NCBI GenBank assembly: GCA_965240325.2
Contig: OZ251223.1
Location: 2,790,001-2,854,000, forward strand
Direction: 5' to 3'
Length of the DNA stretch: 64,000 nt
DNA from: Rebecca billardiae RCC1528
Taxonomy: Eukaryota; Protista; Haptophyta
Shown here: positions 11,975-23,553 of the stretch, piece after piece
How the letters are laid out: each line of letters begins with the position of its first letter
Position numbering within the stretch: the first letter of the stretch is position 1
Program-made: the position numbers and the translations under genes
The notes under the pieces: model-generated
Seen by the model: only the letters and a program-made list of their open reading frames with translations
Database searches by the model: none
Told to the model about the DNA's origin: nothing

Positions 11975-13204
11975 TCACTTGGCCTTGGCGAAGCCCAGCC
12001 GGTTCCGTTGCACGTCAAAGACAGTGTAGTACTTGCGCAGGAAGATGTCGCCCAGGATCCACAGCGGTCCACGCGGCTTGGGCACGTCGATGCCAAGGAA
12101 GCCGAAGAGGCAGGCCTGCTGCCCGAAGCTCGAGGTCTGGATAACGTACTCAGCGCCCGTCAGCTTGAAGATGTTGCCAGACAGTGAGATCTCCAGCTCG
12201 GGCAGCGAGTCGACGAGCGCGCAGTCGATCATGTACTCGCCCGTGCCAAGCACTGGTGTTGCGCCCGCCTTACGCGCGATCGCGTCAACCTCCTTGGTCG
12301 GCCCAGCGAGCACGGACGTGCCCGTGTCGAGGATGGCCTTGGTGGCGGATGAGACGTGCGCCCCACCGTACGAGAGCCCATGCAGCGCCGTCTCCCAGTA
12401 CGTGTCCGACGTGACCGGCACGTACACGAGCTCGCCCTGGAAGTGCTTTGCGTCGATCCCGCCGAGCGTGAGCTCGCCGGGCCCATGGTTGCCGAGGTAG
12501 AAGGCAAAGACGGCATCGGGCACCTGCTTCTGCCGGACGAGGGTCTGGAAGACGGGCGAGATTGAGTCCACCGAGATCGAGGGGAACGCCATCCCGAGGA
12601 TGCCGTCGAAGCGGCCGATGCCGTACGCCAGCCCCAGGCCGGTCACCGTGTCGACCTCGGCAAACTCCTGCCGGTTCGCCTTGAGCCCGGCGACGGTCAC
12701 CGTGTCGTACGAGAGATGGCCCGAGACGGGGCCCGAGCCGTACATGATGGAGAACTCGGTCCCATTCGGCACGTACGTCGAGGACGCCGTCGAGTCGTAC
12801 TTGGACTTGAGCAGGCACGCAAAGCCGCACGACGTGTTGGGCACCCACAGGTTGGACGAGCCCGTGTCAAAGATGACCTTGAACGGCTTGGGCGGCGAGC
12901 CGAGGTCGATCTCGCCGTAGTACTGCGCGTTCTGGTAGTCGTTGATGATCACAGACCTGCCCGACGCGTGGAACGTCGGGGCCTTCAGCTCCGCGCGCAG
13001 GTCCACGACGGCAGTGCCGTCGCACTTATGCCCGGATGCTTCGCCCGACGCACACGCGCGAGCGAGGAGCTCGTGCTCGAGCGCCAGCTGGCGCGTGCTC
13101 GGCTGCCGGTGGAGCGGGATACGGAGCACTGGCGCCGGCGCTGGCGCCTCGGCCGATGCGCCCGCGGGCAAGGCAAGGCATGCGAGCAAGTGTACGGCGA
13201 GCAT
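11975..13204 (-). CDS. Cathepsin D-like aspartic protease (peptidase A1) with signal peptide
   Basis: NAQYYGEI, FDTGSSNLWVP, YGSG, FDGILGMAF, AILDTGTS and WILGDIFLRKYYTVFD. Hydrophobic N-terminus MLAVHLLACLAL. Confidence 0.96.
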   Translation of the reverse strand: MLAVHLLACLALPAGASAEAPAPAPVLRIPLHRQPSTRQLALEHELLARACASGEASGHKCDGTAVVDLRAELKAPTFHASGRSVIINDYQNAQYYGEIDLGSPPKPFKVIFDTGSSNLWVPNTSCGFACLLKSKYDSTASSTYVPNGTEFSIMYGSGPVSGHLSYDTVTVAGLKANRQEFAEVDTVTGLGLAYGIGRFDGILGMAFPSISVDSISPVFQTLVRQKQVPDAVFAFYLGNHGPGELTLGGIDAKHFQGELVYVPVTSDTYWETALHGLSYGGAHVSSATKAILDTGTSVLAGPTKEVDAIARKAGATPVLGTGEYMIDCALVDSLPELEISLSGNIFKLTGAEYVIQTSSFGQQACLFGFLGIDVPKPRGPLWILGDIFLRKYYTVFDVQRNRLGFAKAK

Positions 13205-13402
13205 GGCCTTGTGTCGCTGCAGGCGGCGGACGTCTCTCGCAGAGCGGCGTGCGATTTTTAACATTTTTTTTCCGCACGGCGCACGCGACGAAACCGCGCT
13301 GTTACGGTTTTTGAAGCCGATAACGATGGCGCTCTGCTGAGGTGTTGAGGGAGGGTCTTGGGTGCAACAGCTCCCTTCACTTCATCCGACGCGGACAACG
13401 AG

Positions 13403-14455
13403 ATGGCGTACACGTTTAAGGACAGCGATGCGGACGGCACGTACTTCAAAGACTACAACAAGGTGGACGGGCAGCAGAGCGTGCTCGTGGGCAACTGGTA
13501 TGAAGAGCGCAAGCTGCAGGAGATGACGGGCCACATGCGCAACTCGCAGTGGGTGGCGCCGTCGAGCATCTCGCAGCAGGCGGACTTCGAGCCCATGCAC
13601 ACGAAGATGAAGGGCCACCCTGACCTCGAGGACACGACGATGCGCGTCTTCTTCCACAGCAATGTGCGCGCCTGCGTGCCTGCCTTCTGCGCGTCTTCGC
13701 GCTCCAACTCACGGGCCACGTCCGTTTGCACGCGCGCCATCCCACCTGCAGTACGTCGCCCCGGCGGAGGTGAAGCCAGCCTCCAAGCTCTTCCGCGAGG
13801 ATCGGTGGCGAAAGTACGAGGAGCCGCAGAAGGGCGCGCGCACGGCGCTGCTCGAGCGGCGGGCGAGGGCCCTCGCACTCGCGCAGCTCGAGGGCGAGGA
13901 GATTGCGGCTGAGGAGCGCAGCAGGCTCGCCGAGTCTGAGGCCAAGGTGAGCGAGGCGCACGCAAACTTCGTGGGGCACGAGCCTGTCGCGCCGGAGGAA
14001 CGTGGCAAGCGCGTCATGAAGACGCAGGATGGCGACGTGGTGCGCGCCCGCGCGCCGTCTTGCCGCCACCGCTGTGCCGCCCTGGGCGCTGTGCGCCGAG
14101 CCGCTGTCCAACCCACGCCCACCTGCCCAACGTGCGCCGCTTGCGCGCGCAGGCGGTGCGGGACCCTTCGTTCCTGGTGGAGGTGGGGCTTGTCGAGCCG
14201 CATCTCGCGCTCTCCGCGAGCGTGGCGAATGCCTCTACGCCCGCTGGTGCGGTGAGCGTCGCCACGGGCTTGGGGATGGCGACGACAAGGGGCGACATGT
14301 TGCCAGAGCCCGTGACGTATGTCGACCGACCCGACGCGTTCATCCCGGGGCAGACAAAGGCCAAGGCGGCGATGGTGTACGCGAAGACGCGCAACGACGA
14401 GTTTAGCAAGCCCATCGAGCACTCTACGAAGCCCGGGGTGTGGCACGACATGTGA
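13403..14455 (+). CDS. Ciliary microtubule-inner-protein-like (NWxEER motif; SPAG8/FAP143-like); introns 13664-13751 and about 14040-14152
   Basis: VLVGNWYEER near the N-terminus and C-terminal NDEFSKPI. GT-AG splicing joins three ORFs in frame. Confidence 0.6.
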
Positions 14456-15174
14456 GCCACCGCGCTCGGCAGCCGTGCCCGGTGGATATGAGTGGCCCTA
14501 AGTGAGTCAGGTGGTCGGCGTTACCACTCACGTCCCGTGCTGGGGCCTGGGCCCCGGCCCCGGGGGTGCGGGGTGCGCGACTCGCTGCCGACAGCCCCGG
14601 ACTCCTGAGTCCTGATCGATCCGAGTTTCAGAATCAGACGCAAGCAGCGGCATAACGACGAGAGCAGCCAGCAGCGGTGTCAGTGTAACGCTGCCTGGGC
14701 CTGGTCGCTGTCAGAGGTGTTGAGGCGGGCTCGGGCTTCACGAGACACGACCCGTCGGACCGGAGTTGGTCAGTCGCCAGCCGCGCCTGAAGAACGGCAC
14801 TGACAATGTGTGGCCAAAAGCTGGCTCCTGGCTGATGCAAAAGTAACGAGCACTGCGGCATTTGCGATAATCAAGTGCGAGAAGCGCGCTCATCTTTGTA
14901 GGATGCGCACACGGAATCTGAACAATCCGTATCCATCACGTACCCGTCTCTCCTATGATCAATTACGGGGCAAATTCAGAAAATGGCCAAGGCCAAAGCC
15001 GCTGCTTGAGGCCTTGAGGGGCTTTTCAAGCAGCTTCACAACAGCTGCGCGGGCGGAGCAATATCCGCAGCACCGTGGCCAGCCCGCCTGGGCGCCCGGC
15101 CGCGAGCGCGGCGCTCGCGAGCTGGTGGTGACCCGTGCTGATCACGTGCAGACGCCCGTCGATATCATACGGGC

Positions 15175-18100
15175 ATGTCTGGGAGAGCTGGAGTGGGCAG
15201 CCGGCGTGGATCTGAGGCGAGCGTCACCGGGACCGATGACTCTGGGAGGTTTGACTGGAGCAAAGTCCGAGGCGTGGCACCCGGCGCGCAGCTGTCGGAG
15301 GCGAACGCGATCAAACGGCGCCTCGACATTCGTTACGAGCTGATCGACCCGTCCTGGCGAGCCAACGTGCGCTGGTGGATCGAGTCGTCGGTGACGGGCC
15401 GCATGTTTGAGCTCTCGCACTCGATGCTCAGCATCGCGTCGTGCGTGATGTACGTCATCTGGACGTACTACATCGAGGTGCCCGAATGGGAGTATCACCC
15501 GATTTTCAACATGACCGAAATCGTCTTCGTCCTCATCTTCCTCGTCGACTACCTCCTGCGCGTCGTCGGCTTTGGCATGCGGTACATGTTCTCGCTCAAC
15601 GGCATCGTCGACCTCGTTACGACCGTGCCGACACTCATCCCTCTGATGGCGGACTTTGAGCTGCTCTCGGCGACTTTCGACCTCGATTCGGAGGTGGCCG
15701 CTGACCCGAGCAACGAGCAGCAGTTCCTGTTCCTCCGCTTCCTCCGGCTGAACGTGCGCATCCTCCGCGCGCTCCGCTTCCTGCGCGTGCTGCGCACGCT
15801 GCGCTTCCTGCGCTTCACGCTCACCAATATCGAGCGCAACCAGAACGTGGGCGTGCAGCGGCAGATCACGGAGATCGTGCTCACGGCGCTCACGATCATC
15901 TTCTGCACCGCGTCGATGATCCAGATCCTCGACGTCGACGACCAGGGCTCGCACCTGCTCAACTGGCACGACGCGTTCTACCTGACGATCACGACCATCT
16001 CGACCGTCGGCTACGGCGACATTGCGCCCATCCGCGTCGAGGCGCGGCTCGTGATGTGCTTCGTCATCCTGCTCTCGCTCGTGCTGATCCCGCGGCAGAC
16101 GAGCCGGCTGATCAACATGTCGTCCGACCCGCCCGTGATCGGCAAGCTCCCCGGCTCCGACCGCTCGCACCTCGTGCTCACGGGCAACGGCGTGATGTCG
16201 CACGCGACCGTCTCGCAGTTCCTGCGCGCGCTGTACGCCAACGACACGGCGCGCACGCGCCGCCAGCTGCCGCACGTGGTGCTGCTGCACCCGAGTGCGC
16301 TGCCGCGCGAGCTGCGGAACCTGATCCAGCAGCGCCTCTTCCTCGACCGCGTGTCCTTCTTCCGCGGCTCCACGCTCGTCGAGGACGACATGCTGCGCGC
16401 GCGCGTGCGGTTTGCCGAGGCGGTGTTTGTGCTCGGGGACCCGGGCTGCGACGACGCGACACGGGAGGACGCCGCGTCGCTGATGATGGTGCTGGCGGTG
16501 CGCTCGTTCAGCCACGACGTGCCGTGCCTGGTGCAGCTGCTCTCGGGCAACTCGATCGGCGACCTCAACCTCGCGCTCGACCCGTCGTGGCCGCGCGTGC
16601 ACGCGGTGAACATCGTGGAGCTGAAGAACCTCATCCTCGCCAAGGCGTGCGTGGTGGAGGGCTACTGCACGTTCATCACCAACCTGCTCGTGCCGCCCGA
16701 CGCGTCGGCGGGGAGCCCGCTCGCGGCGCAGGAGGAGCGGTCGCACGGCGGCCGCGCGCTCACCACCGACTTCCTCGACGCGCTCGGCGAGCACCAGGAC
16801 GCGCCCGACACGGACTTTGAGCAGTACGAGCGGTGCGCGTCCAACCGGCTGATGCTGGCGGCCGTGCCAGAGGCGATGCACGGCATGCAGATCCAGACCG
16901 TCTCGCTCTGGCTGCGGCTCGACCTGGGCTCGACGCTGATCGCGGTGAAGAGCGCGGACAACTCGCGCTCGATCGACGTCGTGATCAACCCGTCGGTCGA
17001 GTACACGCTCACCGACGGCGACATCCTCTACATCGTGTCCACGGACGAGGAGGTGCCCAAGCGAGTGATGCGGCTGCAGACGGCGGCCGCGCGCGAGGAC
17101 GTGGAGGACGCGCTCGAGGGGCGCGTGGACGGCATGCGCGCGCGCGTCTGGCCGCACATCCAGCGGCTCAAGAGGCGCAGGGTGTCGTCCGTCGACGAGG
17201 ACAAGAGCCCCTGGAAGGCCATCTTCGACGCGAAGCGGCTCGTCAGGCGCCCGTCACCGCAGCAGCGCGGGGCCGGCTTCACAGTGCGCGTGCCGTTCCC
17301 GACGACGATGCCCTCGTTTGGCGCGGTCAGCTGGGGTGGCGGCGGGGGCAGGGAGAGCGGCAGCACGGCGGAGGATGGCGGCTCCGGCCGGCGCGCGCGC
17401 GCAGGCCGCTGGCCGGGCCGGCTCACCACCGAGGCGCACCCACGCGGCGGGCCGGGCGGCGCGCCCGAGCCGAGCTTCAACGCGTGGGAGGCGCGGTGGG
17501 AGGCGGACGGCCTGCGCGAGATGCTGCACTGGAAGGCGGAGCAGAAGGAGGCGCCGGTCATCGAGTCGGTCGAGCCCGCGGAGGTGGCCAGCTGGGAGAA
17601 CCACGTGATCCTCTCGGTCGACGGCGGCACGCTGGACTGGGGCGGCGTCGCCATCCTCGCGGGCGCGCTGCGCGTGTCCACCTCGTCCACGCGGCTGCTC
17701 GTGCTCACTTACGACGCGCCCGAGCCGCAGGAGTGGACGCTCGTGCAGCGCGCGTCCAAGACCGTGCACTGGATGAGGGGCAGCTTCGCGGCGAAGGGGC
17801 ACCTCGCGCGCGCCAACGTGCGCAGCGCGCACCGCCTGATGATCCTCGTCCCGCCGGTCTCGCAGCGCGCTTCGAGCAAGTCGAACGACCTCCACCTGGT
17901 GGACCAGCAGGCGGTGCTCACGTACTTGTCGCTCGACGCCGCGCTCGGCTCGGTCAAGAACCCGTGCATCGTCGAGCTGGAGTACCTGGAGAACGTGCGC
18001 TTCCTTCGGCCGGACAAGGCGAGGCAGACGTCGGAGCCGCCCCCGCGCGCGAACGGGCTGACGAGGCGCGCCGAGATCATCACCGACACGCTCACGCGCA

Positions 18101-18621
18101 GGCACTCGGTGGCGCCGGGCGAGGGGCGCCGCGGCGCCGACGCGCAGTACAGCTCCGAGAAGAAGCGCAGCGCCACTGCGGAGTCGCGCGCGAGCGCCTT
18201 CCACCCAGCGTTCGCCTCGGGGCGCGTCTTCTCGATGCGATCGCTCGACGCGCTGCTCAACCACGCGTACCTCGAGCCCTCGATCGTCGAGCTCGTCAAG
18301 CGGCTCTCGCTGCCCTGCCCGGACACCGTCTTCTCGACGCGTGCCAGCATACCGCAAAGGCGCCAAAAGTCCCACCTTACGCTGCTGCCGGTGCCGCCCG
18401 ATCTCGCGGGGCGCACTTTTGGCACGCTCTACCAGCGCGCGCTGGTGGTGCATGGCATCGTCTGCCTTGCGCTGGTCACGCGCTCGCGGAGTGTCACCGG
18501 CGCGCCGTTGCCGCACACGCTGCCATTTGTGATCACCAACCCGCCCCTCGAGCGCAGTCTGAGCAAGCACGACTATGTGTACGTGCTGACCGTCTCCGAG
18601 TCGCCCGCGGATCTCGAGTGA
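15175..18621 (+). CDS. Slo/BK-family voltage-gated potassium channel with tandem RCK domains
   Basis: Six TM segments, Arg-rich S4, pore TISTVGYGD, RCK motifs (HLVLTG, GS..DMLRARV, ELKNLILAKAC..G..TFITNL, FASGRVFS, FVITNPP). Confidence 0.93.
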   Translation: MSGRAGVGSRRGSEASVTGTDDSGRFDWSKVRGVAPGAQLSEANAIKRRLDIRYELIDPSWRANVRWWIESSVTGRMFELSHSMLSIASCVMYVIWTYYIEVPEWEYHPIFNMTEIVFVLIFLVDYLLRVVGFGMRYMFSLNGIVDLVTTVPTLIPLMADFELLSATFDLDSEVAADPSNEQQFLFLRFLRLNVRILRALRFLRVLRTLRFLRFTLTNIERNQNVGVQRQITEIVLTALTIIFCTASMIQILDVDDQGSHLLNWHDAFYLTITTISTVGYGDIAPIRVEARLVMCFVILLSLVLIPRQTSRLINMSSDPPVIGKLPGSDRSHLVLTGNGVMSHATVSQFLRALYANDTARTRRQLPHVVLLHPSALPRELRNLIQQRLFLDRVSFFRGSTLVEDDMLRARVRFAEAVFVLGDPGCDDATREDAASLMMVLAVRSFSHDVPCLVQLLSGNSIGDLNLALDPSWPRVHAVNIVELKNLILAKACVVEGYCTFITNLLVPPDASAGSPLAAQEERSHGGRALTTDFLDALGEHQDAPDTDFEQYERCASNRLMLAAVPEAMHGMQIQTVSLWLRLDLGSTLIAVKSADNSRSIDVVINPSVEYTLTDGDILYIVSTDEEVPKRVMRLQTAAAREDVEDALEGRVDGMRARVWPHIQRLKRRRVSSVDEDKSPWKAIFDAKRLVRRPSPQQRGAGFTVRVPFPTTMPSFGAVSWGGGGGRESGSTAEDGGSGRRARAGRWPGRLTTEAHPRGGPGGAPEPSFNAWEARWEADGLREMLHWKAEQKEAPVIESVEPAEVASWENHVILSVDGGTLDWGGVAILAGALRVSTSSTRLLVLTYDAPEPQEWTLVQRASKTVHWMRGSFAAKGHLARANVRSAHRLMILVPPVSQRASSKSNDLHLVDQQAVLTYLSLDAALGSVKNPCIVELEYLENVRFLRPDKARQTSEPPPRANGLTRRAEIITDTLTRRHSVAPGEGRRGADAQYSSEKKRSATAESRASAFHPAFASGRVFSMRSLDALLNHAYLEPSIVELVKRLSLPCPDTVFSTRASIPQRRQKSHLTLLPVPPDLAGRTFGTLYQRALVVHGIVCLALVTRSRSVTGAPLPHTLPFVITNPPLERSLSKHDYVYVLTVSESPADLE

Positions 18622-18659
18622 TGACGTGATTAGACATTGCAGTCGTCCGCCGCCCCGAT

Positions 18660-18662
<3 letters not shown>

Positions 18663-18720
<58 letters not shown>
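18663..18720. repeat. (TA)n microsatellite
   Basis: Directly visible TA run after the channel stop codon. Confidence 0.95.
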
Positions 18721-18723
<3 letters not shown>

Positions 18724-18998
18724 TATATATACGTACATACACACAGACTCACTGAGTGACACACACCGATTAATATATATATGACCGCGTTCCGCGGTCC
18801 TTTTCCGTAGAACGAACGTAGTTCAGGGCCCGCGGTGGCGGTGCACCCTCCATCGCAGTCGTCTATTGACAGACCCGGAGTTGCATGCCCGTACAACTAG
18901 ACTCCACGGCGGCGCGCCGCCGCCCGCCGCGCCGGGCGCGGGCCCATCGCACTTCGCAGCCGCCGGCGCGGCGCCGATTGTGTACAGGCGGATGCGAC

Positions 18999-19310
18999 GA
19001 GGCGTGATCGACGCATGAGCGCGACTCCACGTGCACGCCAGGCCACGCGAAGCTGACAGCCAGGGAGCACGGTGCGGGGCCGCGGATTCGTTCGGGCCGC
19101 TGCTGCTGACTGACCGCTGTCCCGCGGGTCACCGCGCACCGGCAGCGCCAGGATAGTTAGATGATTTGCACTGGTCCGAGTAGGGTTCGACCAGCGCCTG
19201 CGCGACGGCCGACAGGCGGGCGCGAGGCGTGATCGAGGCATGAGCGCAACTCGACGTGCACGCCAGGCCACGCGGTCGGCGGTGCTGTCAGCCCGAGGGA
19301 GCACGGTGCC
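18999..19310 (+). repeat. Imperfect direct repeat, about 50-bp core (gaggcgtgatcga.gcatgagcgc.actc.acgtgcacgccaggccacgcg), 2 copies
   Basis: Copies start near 18999 and 19224. Each is followed by gggagcacggtgc. Confidence 0.8.
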
Positions 19311-20810
19311 GAGGTGCGAGGGCACCAGGCATGGCAAGGGCGGCGCGTGGTGAAGTCGGAGACTCAGAGATCGATCAGTCCGGCATCAGGCGCCGGCAGG
19401 CGCCGCTGCCCCCGAGCTTGCGAGAGCCCGAATACAGGGCGGCTGCCGCGGCGCAGGCGCCGGCCCGACGCGCGGCGGATGCGCAGGCAGTCGACACAGG
19501 GCGGGCGGGGGCGCGCGGAGTGAGCGGGGCACGAACTCGATGTCGCCCGTCAGTCGGGACCCGCCGCAGCCGCGCGCACCAGGCGCCACTCGCCGCGCGT
19601 ACCTCCCATCGCGGGGCCATCGCCGTCCTCACCCGTCCCCTCGCGAGTGCGACGAGTCGGTCGCTCGTGGCTCGCCCCCTCGCTGACTGGCGTACAAAAC
19701 GCGGCGGACACGCCGCGCGCGATACGGATAGCTGCGGCGGATATTTTTCAATAATGTCTCGCACTATTGGAGTTGGTTGGACTATTATGTCAACGGTCGT
19801 TCTTGGCATCTTGCGGCGGCGCACTACATGAACGAGAGTCTACCCACAATTACCCAGCCTGGCACACTTGGGCGTGGGTTTCGTTGATTCCTCTGACTAT
19901 ACAAAAGGGCCGGGCGCGACATTGCGTTAATCTGAGGTGGGCCGAAACGAGTGTTTGGCAGACGTCGAGAAAAAAACATGGCCGCCCCTGATTGGCTGAT
20001 GCTTTAACACCCTTCAATATAGCGCTCGAGAGCGCAAGATTCCCGTAATAGGGAGGTCCGCAGGGACTCTTCAATCTTCCCATCGTCGCGGTTCGAGGAC
20101 CAGCTCCAGCTCCGCCTTCCGACCGAGGGGACTGGTGAAGCTGGCGCCCTCGGGCCTTTCCGTCGAACACCTGCTCGCTACTACAGCTCGGGCTGCGGTC
20201 CGAACACGGCGTGGCAGAATGGCGCCAAGCAGTAAGGCGATGGACGCGGCCGGGCGTTGACCGTTGCCCAAGACCGGCGGGTGCTGCGCGGTAAATTGCT
20301 CGTGCGCGGGGCCGGTCAGTTGGAGTCCGCGCTCCGCAGCGCGGAGCACGTGAAGCGAACAGAGTGTCCGCAGCCACAGATGCGGTGGTCAGCTCATGCA
20401 GGTTCGTGATAAACCAGTCCTCGCGCGGCCATCAACACCGCCACGCCCTGCCCCTGATCATCTCGTCGCTCGAGAACCCGCGCGAGCGGGAAATGGATGG
20501 GTCGGGCACGGCGGGCATCGAGTCCTACCTCTTCTTGCAGTGCTCCCTGCAGCCGCAGTCACTGCTCGACAGCATGGGTGGTGCAGTCAGGTCGGGAGCA
20601 CCGTCAGAGCCCATTGCCTTGCCAAGGCTGGTGTACTTTGACCGAAGCCACTTCTGCGCGGAGGCGGCTGGTGACGCCATCATTGCCAAGCGCGCCGGCC
20701 GCGAGTCACATTCAACACCGACGACGAGGCGAGGCGCGGAAGAAGCTGCGGTGGCTGCTGCTGTACAGGTCCGGGGTGGCCAAGACTAGGGCGATAACGG
20801 CCATCCCACG

Positions 20811-20986
20811 GTGCTGCCCGGTGAGAACGTGCTCCGATGATCATAGTGTCTGTGCGCCGCGCAGGGCACCCCCGGCCGCGGCACTATTCTCGTGCAGTGC
20901 TGCCCGGTGAGAACGTGCTCTGATAATCATAATAGCAGTCTGCGTCTGTGCGCCGCCGGGCACCGCCACTTTTCCCGTGCAGTGTC
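20811..20986 (+). repeat. Imperfect tandem duplication, about 86-bp unit beginning gtgctgcccggtgagaacgtgctc
   Basis: Copies at 20811 and 20897. Confidence 0.85.
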
Positions 20987-21288
20987 GAGCTAGTGGTTTT
21001 TAGATCCGTGCGCCCACGTAGTGCGCTGGCGTCGGGCTCCGCGCGATGGCCGCGGCTGAGGCACCCGGCATATAATAAGAATAGCCGGGGCTCATCCGAT
21101 TCGATCCTCACTCAGAGTCACTTATAGTCGATATCTTCCGTTTCAATCACCATGCATGCCGTAGTCGTATAGTCGTGTATATTCCTGACAGGCTCATCAG
21201 CGCCTGCGGCCCTACGGTTGTGAATAGTACGTAGTACTGGGGCAGGGCACCCGGCGCGGACGGCGGAGTGACTCGGCGCATGTGCCGT

Positions 21289-21375
21289 GACCGGCGGCGG
21301 CCCGCGGCGTCACGGCGTGCCTCACCCGGCGCGCGTGCCGACCGGCGGCGGCCCGCGGCGTCACGGCGTGCCTCG
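21289..21375 (+). repeat. Tandem duplication of gaccggcggcggcccgcggcgtcacggcgtgcctc (period about 51 bp)
   Basis: Two copies are directly visible. Confidence 0.85.
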
Positions 21376-23409
21376 CATGGCATCAGGTTCAGACAGCAGC
21401 AGACTAAATACGGTGACTCTGCTGCAGAAGGCGGTTCTCCGCCACGCTGATCGAGTGATCGAGCACTTGCTTGCTTCCCGGCGAGCGGCGCGGGCGGCGG
21501 CGACGGGATCATAGTCACATCACCTGTGTGTCTAGTGTCAGCAGCTATACTGACGATTACTATCGTCTCGTCATACTGTAGTACGCAGCTCGTCAGTCAA
21601 CGCCTGCTGGCGGCTCGTCAGTCGACGCCTGCTGGCGGCGCTCACCACGACTCACAGCAGGCTTATCCGACGATTGGCATCAGCATAGTAGATCAATCAT
21701 GCAGCGTCGGAGTTCGTCACTACGTCGACGCGGCCGGGGACCCGGACAGCCGCCATAACTACATTGTTGTTAGACTTACTCGGCGGAGTCGTCGGAGACT
21801 AAAGTTACGGCCGGACGCACTCATCAGTGTCGATCAATTGACGACATCCGACCATCATATCAATTATCAACGGCGCGGGCAGCACGGTCTGACTAAAGTC
21901 TAAAGAGTTTCAAAGAGGTCATCAGTCAGCAGCCTCGGACGGCACGACGCAGTAGACGGCCACGGGGACGCCGCGGCCGCGCTGATGCTGCAAGTAGCGT
22001 ATATGTGATGATGTAGAAAACGAGCCGTCGCGCTCGTCAAAAGTCCGAGGGCGAGGCCACCGCGCCCGCGGGACCGGCGTCGACCGCAGATCAGGTGTCG
22101 TCGGACAGTTGACTGACGGCGGCGGCGTGGCCGGCGCAGGCGTCGCCCGGCCGCGGCCTTGGCCCGCGCAGTCATTGACGGCACTCGGTCCCGTGGCATC
22201 CGAAGGCAGTGTCACAGACCGCCATGATGGCGGCATACATCCGCGAGTCACACCCGCGGCCCCGCCGCCGTCCGCGTCCGCGCGCCGATGATGGCGGTCT
22301 GGCCGCGCGCGACATGGTCGTTCTTCTCCGGCGGATCCCAATCATGCTGCGGTGGAGGCGGCGACGGAGGCGGTTCGACGCCGCGTCTGCCAGCGTGGAA
22401 GCGCGGGGCGGCGCTGCGGCAGAATGTGGCTGCGCCACTCCAGCTGCCGCCCAATGCGGCGTGGATATGCACGCGCGCTCCTCATGTGCGCAGTCGCGGG
22501 CGAGGCTCACCGCCGAGCCGGGTAAGCACCCTCCGCCTACTTGACTGTCGGCCTGTCGACATGCTCTGCACGAGGACCCCGCGCCTTGCGCGCAGATGGC
22601 CAGCAGGCACACCGTTCCATCACCGATCACGGCGCCGCTGCTTGAGCGGCGAGCGCGAGCGCGACCGACAGCGCCGGCGCGCCGGGCCTGCGCCGTTCTG
22701 ATGCCGCATGCAGCGCATGCGCTGCCACCAGCGAGGCCGTGGCGGGCTGCGATTGCCGCGCTCCAGCCGCCGCTGCACGCGGCACGGATGGCACAGCACG
22801 CGCCTCCACATAGTGGTCGTGGCTGACGGTAGCGGCCTCGTCGGCCTGTGGCGTCGGCGTCCTCAAGTCCGCCTGCCGCAGTCGGCCTGCAGCAGCGGGC
22901 AGCGGAGAGGGTGTGGTGCAGCGCAGCGGTGACCGAGACGGAGAGGGCCACGCAGCCGGGCGCAGATAAGCATGGGTTGGACGCTCCCTTCGCCACGCTC
23001 ATGAACGACGACCTGCAACATCCCGCTGGCACTCAACGCCATCGAGGAACTGGAAGCGTGAGCGCTCTCGTCTGACGAAATCGCGCAAAAGTGTTCCTCT
23101 GATACGCCGGACTCGTCGTCGCCCCCCGGCCTCCTCCCTGCAGGATCTATAGGGCTTTGGACGTGTGTGCCTTTGGCCTCTGCTTCGCTGACATGATTAG
23201 TGCTTTCGCGAGACTCTGATTCCAATCTGCTCAGTTTTCATTGTCTTTCATGGGACTTTACTCAAAATGTGGGTGACATGGTTCACTCGTTTCGGCCAAT
23301 GGGAGCACTGCTTTCGTGATTTTCGAGAGCCTCCCTTTTTCGCGAACACTCGTTTCGCCCCACAAGAAATTAACGCAATGCCTTTTTCGGCCGTGATGCG
23401 TGTTAGAGA

Positions 23410-23553
23410 GGGTCTCAAAATTCGAAACTCGGTCTCCTCCAGCCATGAAAATCGTCCCCCGTCCCTTTTTTCTTGATCAAAGATCTTTTTGAAACGTGGT
23501 TAGGGCCCACGGAGCGGGCTCCACGCTGCGCGCTCCGCCCTGCACCGCGGGCC
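23410..23553 (-). mobile_element. Probable DNA-transposon terminus (long TIR-like, about 145 bp)
   Basis: A close reverse-complement copy lies at 63774-63917. Similarity ends sharply at GGCCCGCGGTG. Confidence 0.65.

Noticed and set aside
20364-20789. ORF that might be a transposase fragment
   Set aside because: No DDE, hAT-dimerisation or zinc-finger motif could be recognised.
22560-22930. Possible LRR relic (ITDHGAAA*AA)
   Set aside because: Too short and degenerate to support.
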